64,000 nt of DNA from Haliotis cracherodii (Eukaryota): contig NW_027266281.1 in assembly GCF_022045235.1 (NCBI RefSeq), positions 4,154,001 to 4,218,000 on the forward strand. The letters run 5' to 3'. The notes below the pieces were generated by a model that made no database searches, had not been told where the DNA came from, and saw only the letters and a list, made by a program, of their open reading frames with translations. Shown piece after piece: positions 1-14,159 of the stretch (within the stretch, counting starts at the first letter, position 1; every line of letters starts with the position of its first letter). The position numbers and the translations under genes were made by a program.

Positions 1-16
1 CTCACTCACTCACTTT

Positions 17-3000
17 TGTGTACTGCCATTGAATATTGTACAACCACTCTATTGTGTACTGCCATTGGATATTTTACAACCACTCTTTTGTATCCAGCCG
101 TTGAATATTGTACTACCACTCTATTGTGCACTGCCATTGAATGTTGTACAACCAATCTATTGTGTACTGCCACTTAATATTGTACAACGAATCTATTGTT
201 CACTGCCACTAAATATTGTACAACCAATCTATTGTGTACTGCCACTTAATATTGTACAACCAGTCTATTGTGTACTGCCACTGAATATTGTACAACCACT
301 CTATTGGATACTGCCATTGAATATTGTACCACCACTCTATTGGATACTGCCATTGAATAGTGTACAACCACTCTATTGGGTACTGCCATTGAATATTGTA
401 CCACCACTCTATTGGGTACTGCCATTGAATATTGTACCACCACTCTATTGTGTACTGCCATTGAATAGTGTACAACCACTCTATTGGATACTGCCATTGA
501 ACGTTGTACCACCACTCTGTTGTGTACTGCCATTGAATAGTGTACAACCACTCTATTGGGTACTGCCATTGAATATTGTACCACCACTCTATTGTGTACT
601 GCCATTGAATAGTGTACAACCACTCTATTGGATACTGCCATTGAACGTTGTACCACCACTCTATTGTGTACTGCCATTGAATAGTGTACAACCACTCTAT
701 TGGGTACTGCCATTGAATAGTGTACAACCACTCTATTGTGTACTGCCATTGAATATTGTACCACCACTCTATTGTGTACTGCCATTGAATGTTGTACCAC
801 CGCTCTATTGTGTACTGCCATTGAATGTTGTACCACCACTCTATTGTGTACTGCCATTGAATATTGTACCACCACTCTATTGTGTACTGCCATTGAATAG
901 TGTACAACCACTCTATTGGATACTGCCATTGAACGTTGTACCACCACTCTATTGTGTACTGCCATTGAATAGTGTACAACCACTCTATTGGGTACTGCCA
1001 TTGAATATTGTACCACCACTCTATTGTGTACTGCCATTGAATAGTGTACAACCACTCTATTGGATACTGCCATTGAACGTTGTACCACCACTCTATTGTG
1101 TACTGCCATTGAATAGTGTACAACCACTCTATTGTGTACTGCCATTGAATAGTGTACAACCACTCTATTGTGTACTGCCATTGAATAGTGTACAACCACT
1201 CTATTGGGTACTGCCATTGAATATTGTACCACCACTCTATTGTGTACTGCCATTGAATAGTGTACAACCACTCTATTGGATACTGCCATTGAACGTTGTA
1301 CCACCACTCTATTGTGTACTGCCATTGAATAGTGTACAACCACTCTATTGGGTACTGCCATTGAATGTTGTACAACCACTCTATTGTGTACTGCCATTGA
1401 ATGTTGTACCACCGCTCTATTGTGTACTGCCATTGAATGTTGTACCACCACTCTATTGTGTACTGCCATTGAATATTGTACCACCACTCTATTGTGTACT
1501 GCCATTGAATATTATACAACCACTCTATTGTGTACTGCCATTGAATATTGTACCACCACTCTATTGTGTACTGCCATTGAATATTGTACAACCACTCTAT
1601 TGTGTACTGCCACTGAATATTGTACAACCACTCTATTGTGTACTGCCATTGAATGTTGTACAACCACTCTATTGTGTACTGCCATTGAATATTGTACAAC
1701 CACTCTATTGTGTACTGCCATTGAATGTTGTACAACCACTCTATTGTGTACTGCCATTGAATATTGTACCACCACTCTATTGTGTACTGCCATTGAATAT
1801 TGTACAACCACTCTATTGTGTACTGCCACTGAATATTGTACAACCACTCTATTGTGTACTGCCATTGAATGTTGTACAACCACTCTATTGTGTACTGCCA
1901 CTGAATATTGTACCACCACTCTATTGTGTACTGCCACTGAATATTGTACAACCACTCTATTGTGTACTGCCACTGAATATTGTACAACCACTCTATTGTG
2001 TACTGCCATTGGATGTTGTACCACCACTCTATTGTGTACTGCCATTGAATATTGTACAACCACTCTATTGTGTACTGCCATTGAATATTGTACCACCACT
2101 CTATTGTGTACTGCCATTGAATATTGTACAACCACTCTATTGTGTACTGCCACTGAATATTGTACAACCACTCTATTGTGTACTGCCATTGAATGTTGTA
2201 CAACCACTCTATTGTGTACTGCCACTGAATATTGTACAACCACTCTATTGTGTACTGCCATTGAATGTTGTACAACCAATCTATTGTGTACTGCCACTTA
2301 ATATTGTACAACCAGTCTATTGTGTACTGCCACTGAATATTGTACCACCACTCTATTGTGTACTGCCATTGAATATTGTACCACCACTCTATTGTGTACT
2401 ACCATTGAATAGTGTACAACCACTCTATTGGATACTGCCATTGAACGTTGTACCACCACTCTATTGTGTACTGCCATTGAATAGTGTACAACCACTCTAT
2501 TGGGTACTGCCATTGAATATTGTACCACCACTCTATTGTGTACTGCCATTGAATGTTGTACCACCACTCTATTGTGTACTGCCATTGAATGTTGTACCAC
2601 CGCTCTATTGTGTACTGCCATTGAATGTTGTACCACCACTCTATTGTGTACTGCCATTGAATATTGTACCAGCACTCTATTGTGTACTGCCATTGAATAT
2701 TATACAACCACTCTATTGTGTACTGCCATTGAATATTGTACCACCACTCTATTGTGTACTGCCATTGAATATTGTACAACCACTCTATTGTGTACTGCCA
2801 CTGAATATTGTACAACCACTCTATTGTGTACTGCCATTGAATGTTGTACAACCACTCTATTGTGTACTGCCATTGAATATTGTACAACCACTCTATTGTG
2901 TACTGCCATTGAATGTTGTACAACCACTCTATTGTGTACTGCCATTGAATATTGTACCACCACTCTATTGTGTACTGCCATTGAATATTGTACAACCACT

Positions 3001-3918
3001 CTATTGTGTACTGCCACTGAATATTGTACAACCATTCTATTGTGTACTGCCATTGAATGTTGTACAACCACTCTATTGTGTACTGCCACTGAATATTGTA
3101 CAACCACTCTATTGTGTACTGCCATTGAATGTTGTACAACCACTCTATTGTGTACTGCCACTGAATATTGTACAACCACTCTATTGTGTACTGCCACTGA
3201 ATATTGTACAACCACTCTATTGTGTACTGCCACTGAATATTGTACAACCACTCTATTGTGTACTGCCATTGGATGTTGTACCACCACTCTATTGCGTACT
3301 GCCATTGAATATTGTACAACCACTCTATTGGGTACTGCCACTGAATATTGTACAACCACTCTATTGTGTACTGCCATTGAATGTTGTACAGCCATTCTAT
3401 TGTGTACTGTCACTGAACGTTGTACCACCACTCTATTGTGTACTGCCATTGAATATTGTACCACCACTCTATTGTGTACTGCCATTGAATATTGTACCAC
3501 CACTCTATTGTGTACTGCCATTGAATAGTGTACAACCACTCTATTGGGTACTGCCATTGAATAGTGTACAACCACTCTATTGTGTACTGCCATTGAATAG
3601 TGTACAACCACTCTATTGTGTACTGCCATTGAATGTTGTACAACCACTCTATTGTGTACTGCCACTGAATATTGTACAACCACTCTATTGTGTACTGCCA
3701 TTGAATGTTGTACAACCACTCTATTGTGTACTGCCATTGAATAGTGTACAACCACTCTATTGTGTACTGCCATTGAACGTTGTACCACCACTCTATTGTG
3801 TACTGCCATTGAATAGTGTACAACCACTCTATTGGGTACTGCCATTGAATAGTGTACAACCACTCTATTGTGTACTGCCATTGAATAGTGTACAACCACT
3901 CTATTGTGTACTGCCATT
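17..3918. repeat. 36-bp minisatellite, ~108 copies (TGTACTGCCATTGAATATTGTACAACCACTCTATTG)
   Basis: Direct 36-bp periodicity and 12-aa periodic ORFs on both strands. Starts just after a (CTCA)n SINE-type tail at 1-13. Confidence 0.98.
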
Positions 3919-4347
3919 GTGTTCTTTTGGTACAATATCACTTGTCTGCATGCAAATGAAACAGGGGACAAACTAACTTAAGTATTAATAATACCCCGTA
4001 ATTGTATTACCTGGAAATAAATACATCATGCCAATATGATATAAAATCTTTATAAATATTTATGTATCTGACAGTGGCCTTGCAAACATGATTTGGTAAA
4101 CAACATTTCTAATTACCGTGTATTCATATCTATAACAGGGATTGTTGACAGTAAGTTTACTTGCAGGTAGCCAAGTAGCGAGCAGTGGATAGGACGCCAA
4201 TCATTGATTTAAATTGGTCACTGATAAGAGGGCTGCAATTGTTTTTCAATTGGTAACTATATTGTTTTCAAAATGCAAAATGTTTAGGGACTAATCTTAC
4301 AATCTTTAGATTTTGAACAGTCAAAACAATTTCAAATGTAAACACAA

Positions 4348-4660
4348 GTGAGTGAGTGAAGATTTAACGTCATATCGGCAATGTTTCAGCCATGTTGTGA
4401 CGGGATATGTAAAGCACAGTAAAGTTCTAACTCTCAGGCACAATATAGTAATAATGAAATAAGTGGAGTAAGATTAAACAAAGTTTATATATGCCTAAAG
4501 GCAATATAGCATTAGTCATCAACACATGGGCTACAGATCACCAGCAACTAAACGGGGGTCACCATATTAGGGACCATGGGGACTTAGAGTACCTTTGCTT
4601 CCTGCATATGTATAGAATACTATTACCCACGTGGTGAATATACAGGTGGTGAGATACAAA
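4348..4660 (-). mobile_element. 3' UTR and tail of a Nimb/I-type LINE
   Basis: Minus strand ends ...GCTGAAACATTGCCGATATGACGTTAAATCTTCACTCACTCAC. 4570-4605 is similar to 5870-5908, which lies downstream of the LINE ORF at 6147-6600. Confidence 0.6.
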
Positions 4661-4689
4661 ATCCGTACGCCACACGTTTGTCGTACGAG

Positions 4690-5640
4690 GTTGACCTCGT
4701 TTTATTCGTTTTGATTGGACAACCGTGACCTCTGTCACACCGGAACTACTTTTTTCATGCATAAAAAATCACAAGACGTTATTCACTTTCACAAAACGAA
4801 ACGAATCAGAACTCAAGAATCTCATGACGTGATATTTGCAACACTTTATTAAACGAAACAAGATAGTCACACGCATCAAAGTCGTTTTGCAGTCTATATA
4901 AGTTATGCAGAAAGCTCTTACAGCCATTCTATAATCGTGTTATAACAATTTGCAATGTATGATTATCGATAGATCGAGGGTCCCTTTTGAGAGTGACGCA
5001 CCCGACCACTTTCGCGAATTTGATTTAAGGTAAAAGGTTATGCCTTGTGAAATGAAGTCAGTTTAAACTGTCTCTACAGAAACCTAGACATAAGTGTGGT
5101 GCTCCGGTTGTGCCATCATCATCAAAGTGTATGTTGTGACATTGCTTCCAAAGGTGTTAATTTTTCATGAATGAACATACACGACTGCAGTACCAGATCA
5201 ATCAAAGTAAACAGTTCCGATACAAATCATTCAAAAACTCCGTGGAAGTGTGCCTGAATTCTGTTTTTCTGGCCCAAAACATCCCAAATGTGAACAATAA
5301 CAGTTCCTAAAGATCTCTAGCGTAAAACGCTGTTTGTAGATCACAGTTGTCTTTTCTTATTCCGATAGTGATCTCGTTCGAAGCTGTCACTGACATGCAA
5401 GGAGATGCGCCTGAATTACCAAAAGTTGCAGGAATAGTAAAATAAAGATTTTGAGAATTGGTGCTGTCATGTTTGCACACACAACAGAAGAAACATATTG
5501 TTAATGCCTATGCATAGAAATGTCAACAATGCGCATGTTTGGGCATATATTATTTGAGCTTTCGCACGGTTAGATACCAGAGAAAGTCCACTCGTTTCGT
5601 AAAAATGGTATCTAACGAGAATGAGTGTAGTATTATCTAT
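4690..5640. mobile_element. Non-autonomous hairpin-ended element (Crypton-like)
   Basis: Terminus 5556-5640 is an inverted homologue of the terminus at 10934-11010. Left boundary is approximate and the class is inferred. Confidence 0.45.
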
Positions 5641-5744
5641 CAAAACTATAGAATAGTTTATGAATAAGTTCTTTTTCGATTAAAAAACATAATATTAAAT
5701 GAGAAGTTATGTTACTAAAAAAGTCCATGACTGTTTTACTCTCA

Positions 5745-6605
5745 AACATTTATCCTTGTGATGGAGGAACAATCAACACTGTCAAGCAGGACATGCTTAA
5801 CTGTGATTCTGTCATAAGGGACACAGAACGGAGGATCCTCACCTTTCAATAAATATCCTATCCATACCAGGGACCAAGGAGACTTACTGTAATTCTGCTA
5901 CCTGCATGGTTCCCCAGCAGGATTTACACCTTTACCCAAGTTACCGTTGATTGTTGCAAGTTTAGCCAGAGATTAAAATCAACAAATATTCTGCAGTTAA
6001 AATAGAGGTAGATATAAATATACATTGAAAGAGGTGGTCTTACATACCCTCTCAGGGGGACAATACGCTCCGTCAACCCCTGTCAAGGGCATAGCCACGA
6101 ACAATCTCTGTTAATAATCATACACCACCGATTCATAAAATACATATCAAAATTTGTGAACTAGTTCAATATCTTTTAAAAAGTTGAGGATTAAATATGA
6201 TTTAACATTGTTAAAAAGGTCCTTAACTGTTTTGACACTGAAATATTGATCCCTTGTGATGGAAAAATCGATACAGTCAAGCAGGATATGACTGACTGTG
6301 ATTCTCTCATCACAAGGGATGCAAAACGGAGGATCCTCACCTTTCAAGAGATAATCATGAGTATATCTGCTGCCGCCAATACGACATCGTCGCATTATGA
6401 CCTCTCCAAATCTGGACTGACAACCCAAGGAGGTGTAATCATCAGTTGGCTTAATTTCATGTACAGTTTTGACACGTACTTGGGAGCCTAATTTCTTTAG
6501 CGTTAGATCACGGATATACGATCTAATCTCGGGTATAAAATCACTGGAAGGGATTGGGAGTGTCACAGATTGTGTTACCAATGATTCCAACCTGACTGGG
6601 TAACT
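5745..6605 (-). mobile_element. Nimb/I-clade LINE ORF2 C-terminal fragments (two pieces) with 3' UTR
   Basis: HEIKP...RCRIG.SRYTHDYLLKGEDPPFCIPCDERITVSHILLDC (CCHC finger after RNase H). A second copy of the same segment lies at 5745-5860. Confidence 0.85.
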
Positions 6606-7193
6606 AACAAAAGAAGAAGAATATGTTTCTTTCTCATGAATCACGGTGGTGACATATAGAAGTTGACAAGCAAAACATACATACAAAGTAATGAGACAAT
6701 CGTGGAGATACGCAGTCGGCATTTAACATAGCAGTCTAGTCGTGAGAGAAAAGGTTCATTTAAGAGGACGTCATAAGTGAATTATTTTTCAGTATTTTGA
6801 TATTTACAATAATATAATCGGAGATATTTATTTTTTAATGTCAGCAGGCCCCCAGTGATGATGGGAAGCAAGTCGGAACACTTCTCACCCAAGCTAGATT
6901 TTCAAGTATGGAAACAACCCTTCCAATTGAGAATGATTAAAGCTAATTTTATTATGCACATTTATTTCAATAGTTATTAAGGTCCATGAAAGTTTGGTAA
7001 CTGGGGTAATTTACTATGCCTGTAAGCTATGTATGAAGGTAACCTTATATTAAGTATTTAAAGAATTATTCAAAAATGATAATTTTTGATTAAAGGTTAT
7101 TATTTTACCTTGAATTGATTGAGATTATCTGTTCCTCTGATTTCCAGCAGCAGCTCAGTGGTTGGGTCTGGCTTGCTTGTTGGATGTTGCTGT

Positions 7194-7317
7194 AGTGAGT
7201 GAGTATGGCGGGGGGACACCACAAATGGGCTTCACACATTGTACCCATGTGAGGAATCCCACCCGCGTCTTCGGCGTGACGAGCGAACGCTTAACCGCAA
7301 GTCGACCACAGCGACCC
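7194..7317 (-). mobile_element. tRNA-derived SINE family A, internally deleted copy
   Basis: Reverse complement of the SINEs at 32688 and 50109. Confidence 0.85.
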
Positions 7318-7872
7318 TTTCATGTTGCTGAAACATTTGTATACATATACGTATATTTACATTGAAAAGATGGCGGAATAAGAATGGTGCGAGTTGGGAT
7401 AACGTAAATGCTGAGTTTTTGTATAATTGATGTAAAACAATAAATAAAAATAATTAATTAAATGCTATTTCAAATTTCTTGCAGCATTATTGAAACTTAG
7501 TGTACTTACAAGCTGATTTTGGAAGAAAGCTCTATTTTTGAGGGGTTTACATGTTATTTTGTTCATATTAAAAATTAGTTAGGGTTTCCGAGGTGATGCT
7601 AACATAGACATATTTCATTGATAATATCATACTTGTATGTTGTAAAATCTTCAGTCATGTAAACATTTATAGAAATCTGAGCTACTCCATTCTCTAAATG
7701 TCCTTAGTGATGGAACTATGCCGTTATTTCGTTACTCAATTCTTATCTCTTTGTCGGTTTCATGTCAACGTTTACAACAAGAAAATGAAGAACAAGCAAC
7801 ATGTGGAAAAAAATATCAATATGTGTGCAATATTTGAAAGAAACTCACATTATCTATGTTTAGTAAAAATAT

Positions 7873-8870
7873 TTATCATATAATGGGTAGGTTTCTCGGC
7901 AGGATAAAACCAACGGATAAAGACGATATCCGTTGGGGTCATATTCCGATAGAGATGCAAATATCTAGGGTCAAGTAGGGACTACTTTCAGTGTTTATAA
8001 ACAAACATGGCGTCGCCCTTGTCATTCGGCTATCGAGTCACAATTTACCATCGGGAGCTGGATTAACTACCGGGATAATTGCTATCATTATCAAACAGTC
8101 TAGTGTCTAACTGTGACGTAGCTAAGGCATTTTATAAGTTTTTGGCAACTTTAGAGATATAAATTTCGAAACAATTTTTCGAGGGCACTAGGCTTAACCA
8201 ATCGGGATCAGTAGTCATATCTGTGCTTGTAGACCTTTGCGGCGTGAAACCTTTTCCACAAATTAGTTGGATTTGGCCGGGATATGCTTGAATTGTTACT
8301 TTGTTTCGTTTTGTCGCTGTGTGTAAAACTGACTGCACTACTTAACGTTATGACAGAACAGGCCGACTGTCAATAACGTCTGAACGTGGCCGTGACGTCT
8401 CATAGACTAGGGTTAGAGTAGCTTCCCTTTGACAAAGGGCAGTTACTCTAGCGGACAGACCGATTGATTGCCGCGAAAGAAAAGTAAAAACTGTTGTTGT
8501 TTTGCGTATATGCTGCTTCGCCACTGTTCAAGAAACAGATTTCAGTTGGAACTATATTGGCTACTGTCACTGTCCGACTGACACATCACTTACCCTGTGA
8601 CGTAATAAATATTAATGCGCGCATTCCAGGAAAACTCGCAATGTTTCGGCAATGTTTGTGAGAGTGGGAAAGTGATTTTCAAGCACAGAATTTAAGAATG
8701 ACATAATATGATAAAGAGGTTATCACGCTTGTGTGTTTGGGCGATGGTCAATATCCTGTATTAGGAATAAACACTATGTTTTTAGCTCGCCAAGGCTCGC
8801 TAAATACAATGTTTATTCCTAATGCAGGATATTAACCATTCCCAAACACACTCGTGTGATAACCTTTATT
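7873..8870 (+). mobile_element. ~1-kb non-autonomous element with terminal hairpins (Crypton-like), copy 1
   Basis: An inverted second copy lies at 44805-47152. Imperfect hairpin with ~60-bp arms at 8712-8868 and a short hairpin near 7910-7936. No TIRs seen. Confidence 0.75.
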
Positions 8871-9060
8871 TCTTCTTCAACCACATTGACTTTAGCTCAA
8901 TAAAATGATTTGCTATTCTATGTATCCTGTGAAAATAAATATTTTTGAAACTATATGATAAAGTTCATATCACGAAAAATCAATTTCCATTTAAATAAAC
9001 AATAATACCTGATGATTCAATGCCTCCAGGACTGCGTACCACAGAACAAATGATTATATA

Positions 9061-9720
9061 CTCAACAACAAAAGTTCCTGTGACACCAATATTTTAGTGT
9101 ATTTTTCAAACAAGTAAAGTTTGGTTTTCAATATTGTAGTACATGTATGGAATCAAGTCACAAAACCTCAACTGCTACAGAAAAGCATGCATTCCATGCA
9201 AAAATTGACTTTTATGCAAGCCCCATGCATTTCACTACCCAGGAATGGGTAAAAAAACATGTGCGTCAACGAGATTCCATCTGAAAAACAACAAAATTTC
9301 GCAATTATTCAACATAACGAAATGCCACGCCTGTCAGAAACAGTGGTGAGATCGGCGCCTTCGACGTCAACCACGTGTTCCACAGACACTCCAGGAACTT
9401 CGAAACATGCTTCAGCAGATTGGACAGATATCCCACAGGACTTTGTGCGACGCCTGGTCCATTCCATGAGACGAAGATGTGTTGCTTGCATCGCAACCAG
9501 AGGTGGACACACACGCTATTGATTTGTAAATTGACATTTTGGAATGTTCATGTTTTTTTTATGAAATCACGCATTATTTGAAGTCTATATGCCAAATTAA
9601 ACCATTTGAACACTTACAGGAGTCTTTTATCTGTTGTAAACCTAAATTGTTTCAGATTTTGTAAAAAACATAACTTTGCATTAAATCCTATTCAATGTCA
9701 CAGGAACTTGTGTTGTTCAG
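9061..9720 (+). mobile_element. Internally deleted Tc1 transposon
   Basis: TIRs CTCAACAACAAAAGTTCCTGTGACA / TGTCACAGGAACTTGTGTTGTTCAG with TA on the left. Transposase N-terminus MPRLS (9322) and C-terminus W.DIPQDFVRRLVHSMRRRCVACIATRGGHTRY* (to 9522). Confidence 0.88.
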
Positions 9721-9924
9721 AACATAATTTAGGATATCACATTTGATGATGTGAGATGGTAGTGCCAAACCACGTTGCGTGCCAAAATGGTCTGTTTTCA
9801 GTCATGAAGAACAAAGTTAGTAGGGTAAGCAGTGTGCGGTTCTCCCAACAGCACAGGATTGAGTAGTCAATTCTTTCGGGTAACTAACTTGACTTTTGTT
9901 TAGAAAAGGTTATTACGATATTAG

Positions 9925-10635
9925 GTGGCTGCCCACCCACCACTGATATCTGCATCCAGTCGAGATGGCTACCACACCTACCAACATCAGCATACAGCGA
10001 ATTTGGCTACCCCTCCCACCACTGATATCTGCATCCAGTCGAGATGGATACAACACCCTCCAACATCAGGATACAGCGAACGTGGCTACCCCTCCCAACA
10101 CTGATATCTGCATCCAGTCGAGATGGCTACCACACCTAACAACATCAGCTTACAGTGAAGGTGGCTACCCCTCCCACCACTGATATCTGCAACCAGTCGA
10201 GATGGCTACCACACCTACCAACATCAGCTTACAGTGAAGGTGGCTACCCCCTCCCACCACTGATATCTGCATCCAGTCGAGATGGCTACCACACCTACCA
10301 ACATCAGCTTACAGTGAAGGTGGCTACCCCTCCCACCACTGATATCTGCAACCAGTCGAGATGGCTACCACACCCTCCAACATCAGCTTACAGTGAAGGT
10401 GGCTACCCCTCCTACCACTGATATCTGCATCCAGTCGAGATGGATACCACACCTACCAATATCAGCTTAAATCGAAGGTGGCTACCCCTCCCACCATTGA
10501 TATCTGCATCCAGTCGAGATGGCTACCACACCTACCAACATCAGCATACAGCGAAGGTGGCTACCCCTCCCACCACTGATATCTGCATCCAGTCGAGATG
10601 GATACAACACCCTCCAACATCAGCATTCAGTGAAA
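9925..10635. repeat. 79-bp tandem repeat, ~9 copies, a dimer of two related ~40-bp halves
   Basis: CTGATATCTGC recurs at 9943 and 10022 and onward. Both halves begin TGGCTACC. Confidence 0.95.
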
Positions 10636-10799
10636 GTGATTACAGTCGGATTTGCGTCGAGGTTCGCCCAGCTGATAACATCAAGCCTCAGCTCAGCGCG
10701 CACCAAAATAGTTATAGTGATTTTATGGACGCATCAAACAATTGCGAGAACGCGAGATTTTCTCGCAAAAAATGATTTTCAACAATAAGACGGCTTCAC

Positions 10800-11783
10800 T
10801 GCACACTTTGGAAAGCGGAAATACCAACTTGAATATAAACACAAACACGGTTTATTGAGCAGCAGTTGTAACCAGAATATAAAAATGTCACTCGAAGAAT
10901 AGGAATTACACAGCACATTGACAGCTCGATACATATAGAATACTAAACGAGCTCCCGTGTAATACCAATTTTATGAAACGAGTGAATAGTTCTGGTATCT
11001 GACGAGCGAAAGCGATTCACGAGAGCGAGTTTAGTATTTTATTTATTACTTGTCATTTATAATGTTTTTAGAATTATACTGTTGAGTGGAAATAGGCTGA
11101 CACCTACACGATCCATGGCATAATCCAATTGAGTTTAACAGAATAATACTTCAAACACTTCAAAAGTTGAAACGTATGAATTTAATATCATACAATGGTC
11201 CACCTTTAGAATTCAGGCGTTCGTCCCACAAAATTATCGTAGTGCTAAGGCTATCACAACTCACGTAATTTAACTTAGACTAACGACTGTCGTTGCGCTA
11301 GAGTACGATCGCCTTGTGGAACGGGGCCTTGCACCTCGAAGTTTACAATCACGTCACAATACCCGATGACGTAATTTGTTGAATTTTGTTGCAAGATCCA
11401 TCTGCGAAACAATGCCATGTGACGTCAGCCTAGCAACAAGGTTGCTGGGGTCATCGAGTGTGCATAATCTCCTCCCAGTGATCCATCATCTCCACACACA
11501 ATGTCGTTGAATACGCCAAGGGATGTTGAGAGCTTTCAATATTTGTTCGTGAAACGTGTTCCGAGAGTACATAAGCACGCGTTTTGGTATTACACAATGT
11601 GTAATAAAGCTGTATGTTTATTAAACGGGTGATCTCTTCACGGGCAAGTAATAAATACATACATCTCATCGTGGTGTCGGATGTATTACGTATTACTGTT
11701 ATCTACCCGAAGCTCTCGAAAAACAACACATTGTTACCGACTCCATAAGCTGTTTGACCACAATTATGCTTCAGGGGGGTTAA
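10800..11783. mobile_element. Dispersed repeat split by an insertion; uninterrupted copy at 15630-15879
   Basis: 10800-10933 plus 11655-11770 align colinearly with 15630-15879. Confidence 0.8.
10934..11654. mobile_element. ~720-bp hairpin-ended non-autonomous element (Crypton-like)
   Basis: Absent from the paralogous site at ~15762 and flanked by ATACAT on both sides. Its terminus is related to 5556-5640. Confidence 0.7.
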
Positions 11784-14068
11784 GACGTGTTCTACATGTA
11801 CTACTTGCATCGAGGGGGATAAGACGTGTTCTACATGTACTACTAGCATCAAGGGGGATAAGACGTGTTCTACATGTACTACTAGCATCAAGGGGGATAA
11901 GACGTGTTCTACATGTACTACTAGCATCAAGGGGGTTAAGACGTGTTCTACAAATACTACTAGCATCAAGGGGGTTGAGACGTGTTCTACATGTACTACT
12001 GGCATCATGGGGGCTAAGAGGTGTTCTACATGTACTACTGGCATCAAGGGGGTTAAGACGTGTTCTACATGCACTGCTAGCATCAAGGGGGATAAGACGT
12101 GTTCTGCATGTACTACTAGCATCAAGGGTGTTAAGACGTGTTCTACATATACTACTAGCATCAAGGGGGTTAATACGTGTTCTTCATGTACTACTAGCAT
12201 CAGGGGGGTTAAAACGTGTTCTACATGTACTACTAGCATCAAGGGGGTTAAGGTGTGCTCTATATGTATTACTAGCATCAAGGGGGATAAGACGTGTTCT
12301 ACATGTACTACTGGCATCGAAGGTGTTATGATGTGTTCTACATATACTACTAGCATCAAGGGGGTTAATACGTTTTCTTCATGTACTACTAGCATCAAGG
12401 GGGTTAAGACGTGTTCTTCATGTACTACTAGCATCATGGGGGTTAAGATGTCCTCTATATGTATTACTAGCATCAAGGGGGATAAGACGTGTTCTACATG
12501 TACTACTGGCATCAAGGGGGTTATGATGTGTTCTACATGTACTACTAGCATCAAGGGGGTTAAGACGTGTTCTACATGTACTACTAGCATCAAGGGTGGT
12601 AAGTGGTGTTCTACATGTACTACTAGCATCAAGGGTGGTAAGTGGTGTTCTACATGTACTACTAGCATCATGGGGGTTAAGACGTGTTCTATATGTATTT
12701 CTAGCATCAAGGGGGTTAATAGTTGTTCTACATGTACTACTGGCATAAGTGGGGTTAAGACGTGTTCTACATGTACTAATGACATCAAGGGGTGTTACGA
12801 CGTGTTCTACATGTACTACTAGCATCATGGGGGTTAAGACGTGTTCTACATGTACTACTGGCATAAGTGGGGTTAAGACGTGTTCTTCATGTACTACTAG
12901 AATCAAGGGGGTTAAGATGTGTTCTATATGTATTACTAGCATCAAGGGGGTTAATAGTTGTTCTACATGTACTACTGGCATAAGTGGGGTTAAGACGTGT
13001 TCTACATGTACTACTAGAATCAAGGGGGTTAAGATGTGTTCTATATGTATTACTAGCATCAAGGGGGTTAATAGTTGTTCTACATGTACTACTGGCGTCA
13101 AGAAGGTTAAGATGTGCTCTACATGTACTACTTGCATCAAGGGTGGTAAGACGTGTTCTACATGTACTACTAGCATCAAGGGGGTTAAGACGTGTTCTAC
13201 ATGTACTACTAGCATCAAAGGTGGTAAGACGTGTTCTACATGTACTACTAGCATCAAGGGTGGTAAGACGTGTTCTACATGTACTACTAGCGTCAAGAGG
13301 GTTAAGATGTGCTCTACATGTACTACTGGCATCAAGGGGGTTAAGACGTGTTCTACATGTACTACTAGCAGCCAGGGGGTTAAGACGTGTTCTACATGTA
13401 CTACTAGCAGCCAGGGGGATAAGACGTGTTCTACATGTACTACTTGCATCGAGGTTGATAAGACGTGTTCTACATGTACTACTAGCATCAAGGGGGTTAA
13501 GACGTGTTCTACATGTACTACTTGCATCAAGGGGGTTAAGACGTGTTCTTCATGTACTACTAGCATCAAGGGGGTTAAGATGTGTTCTACATGTACTACT
13601 AGCATCAAGGGGGTTAAGACGTGTTCTACATGTACTACTAGCATCAAGGGGGTTAAGACGTGTTCTACATGTACTACTAGCATCAAGGGGGTTAAGACGT
13701 GTTCTTCATGTACTACTAGCATCAAGGGGGTTCAGACGTGTTCTACATGTACTACTAGCATCAAGGGGGTTAAGACGTGTTCTACATGTACTACTTGCAT
13801 CGAGGGGGTTAAGACGTGTTCTTCATGTACTACTAGCATCAAGGGGGTTAAGACGTGTTCTACATGTACTACTTGCATCAAGGGGGTTAAGACGTGTTCT
13901 ACATGTACTACTAGCATCAAGGGGGTTAAGACGTGTTCTTCATGTACTACTAGCATCAAGGGGGTTAAGACGTGTTCTACATGTACTACTAGCATCAAGG
14001 GGGATAAGACATGTTCTTCATGTACTACTAGCATCAAGGGGGTTAAGACGTGTTCTACATGTACTACT
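11768..14068. repeat. 39-bp minisatellite, ~59 copies (GCATCAAGGGGGTTAAGACGTGTTCTACATGTACTACTA)
   Basis: Direct periodicity, 13-aa periodic ORFs and a frame-breaking indel near 12790. Confidence 0.98.
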
Positions 14069-14159
14069 GAATGCTACTCACCACACACAGAGAAGTCATG
14101 CACTGATTCACCATATGAAAACCTGATGTAAACCTGGCCACGGTCATATCACAGCCAAC

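Noticed and set aside
29-3976. 1315-aa ORF and overlapping ORFs
   Set aside because: A stop-free 36-bp unit is open in several frames on both strands. Variants are mostly non-synonymous and there are no gene signals.
9925-10635. CRISPR-like repeat-spacer pattern (also other arrays)
   Set aside because: The intervening sequences are themselves repeated, the context is eukaryotic and there are no cas genes.
10999-11020. Hammerhead-like CTGACGA-GC-GAAA-GC
   Set aside because: Lacks the GAAA after stem II and has no stem I/III with a cleavage triplet. It is part of the element's terminal hairpin.
12007-14131. Thr/Cys repeat ORF (SIKGVKTCSTCTT)n resembling beetle antifreeze or metal-binding proteins
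   Set aside because: No ATG start or signal peptide, a frame break near 12790, and other frames equally open. Best explained as a minisatellite, though RNA-seq would settle it.
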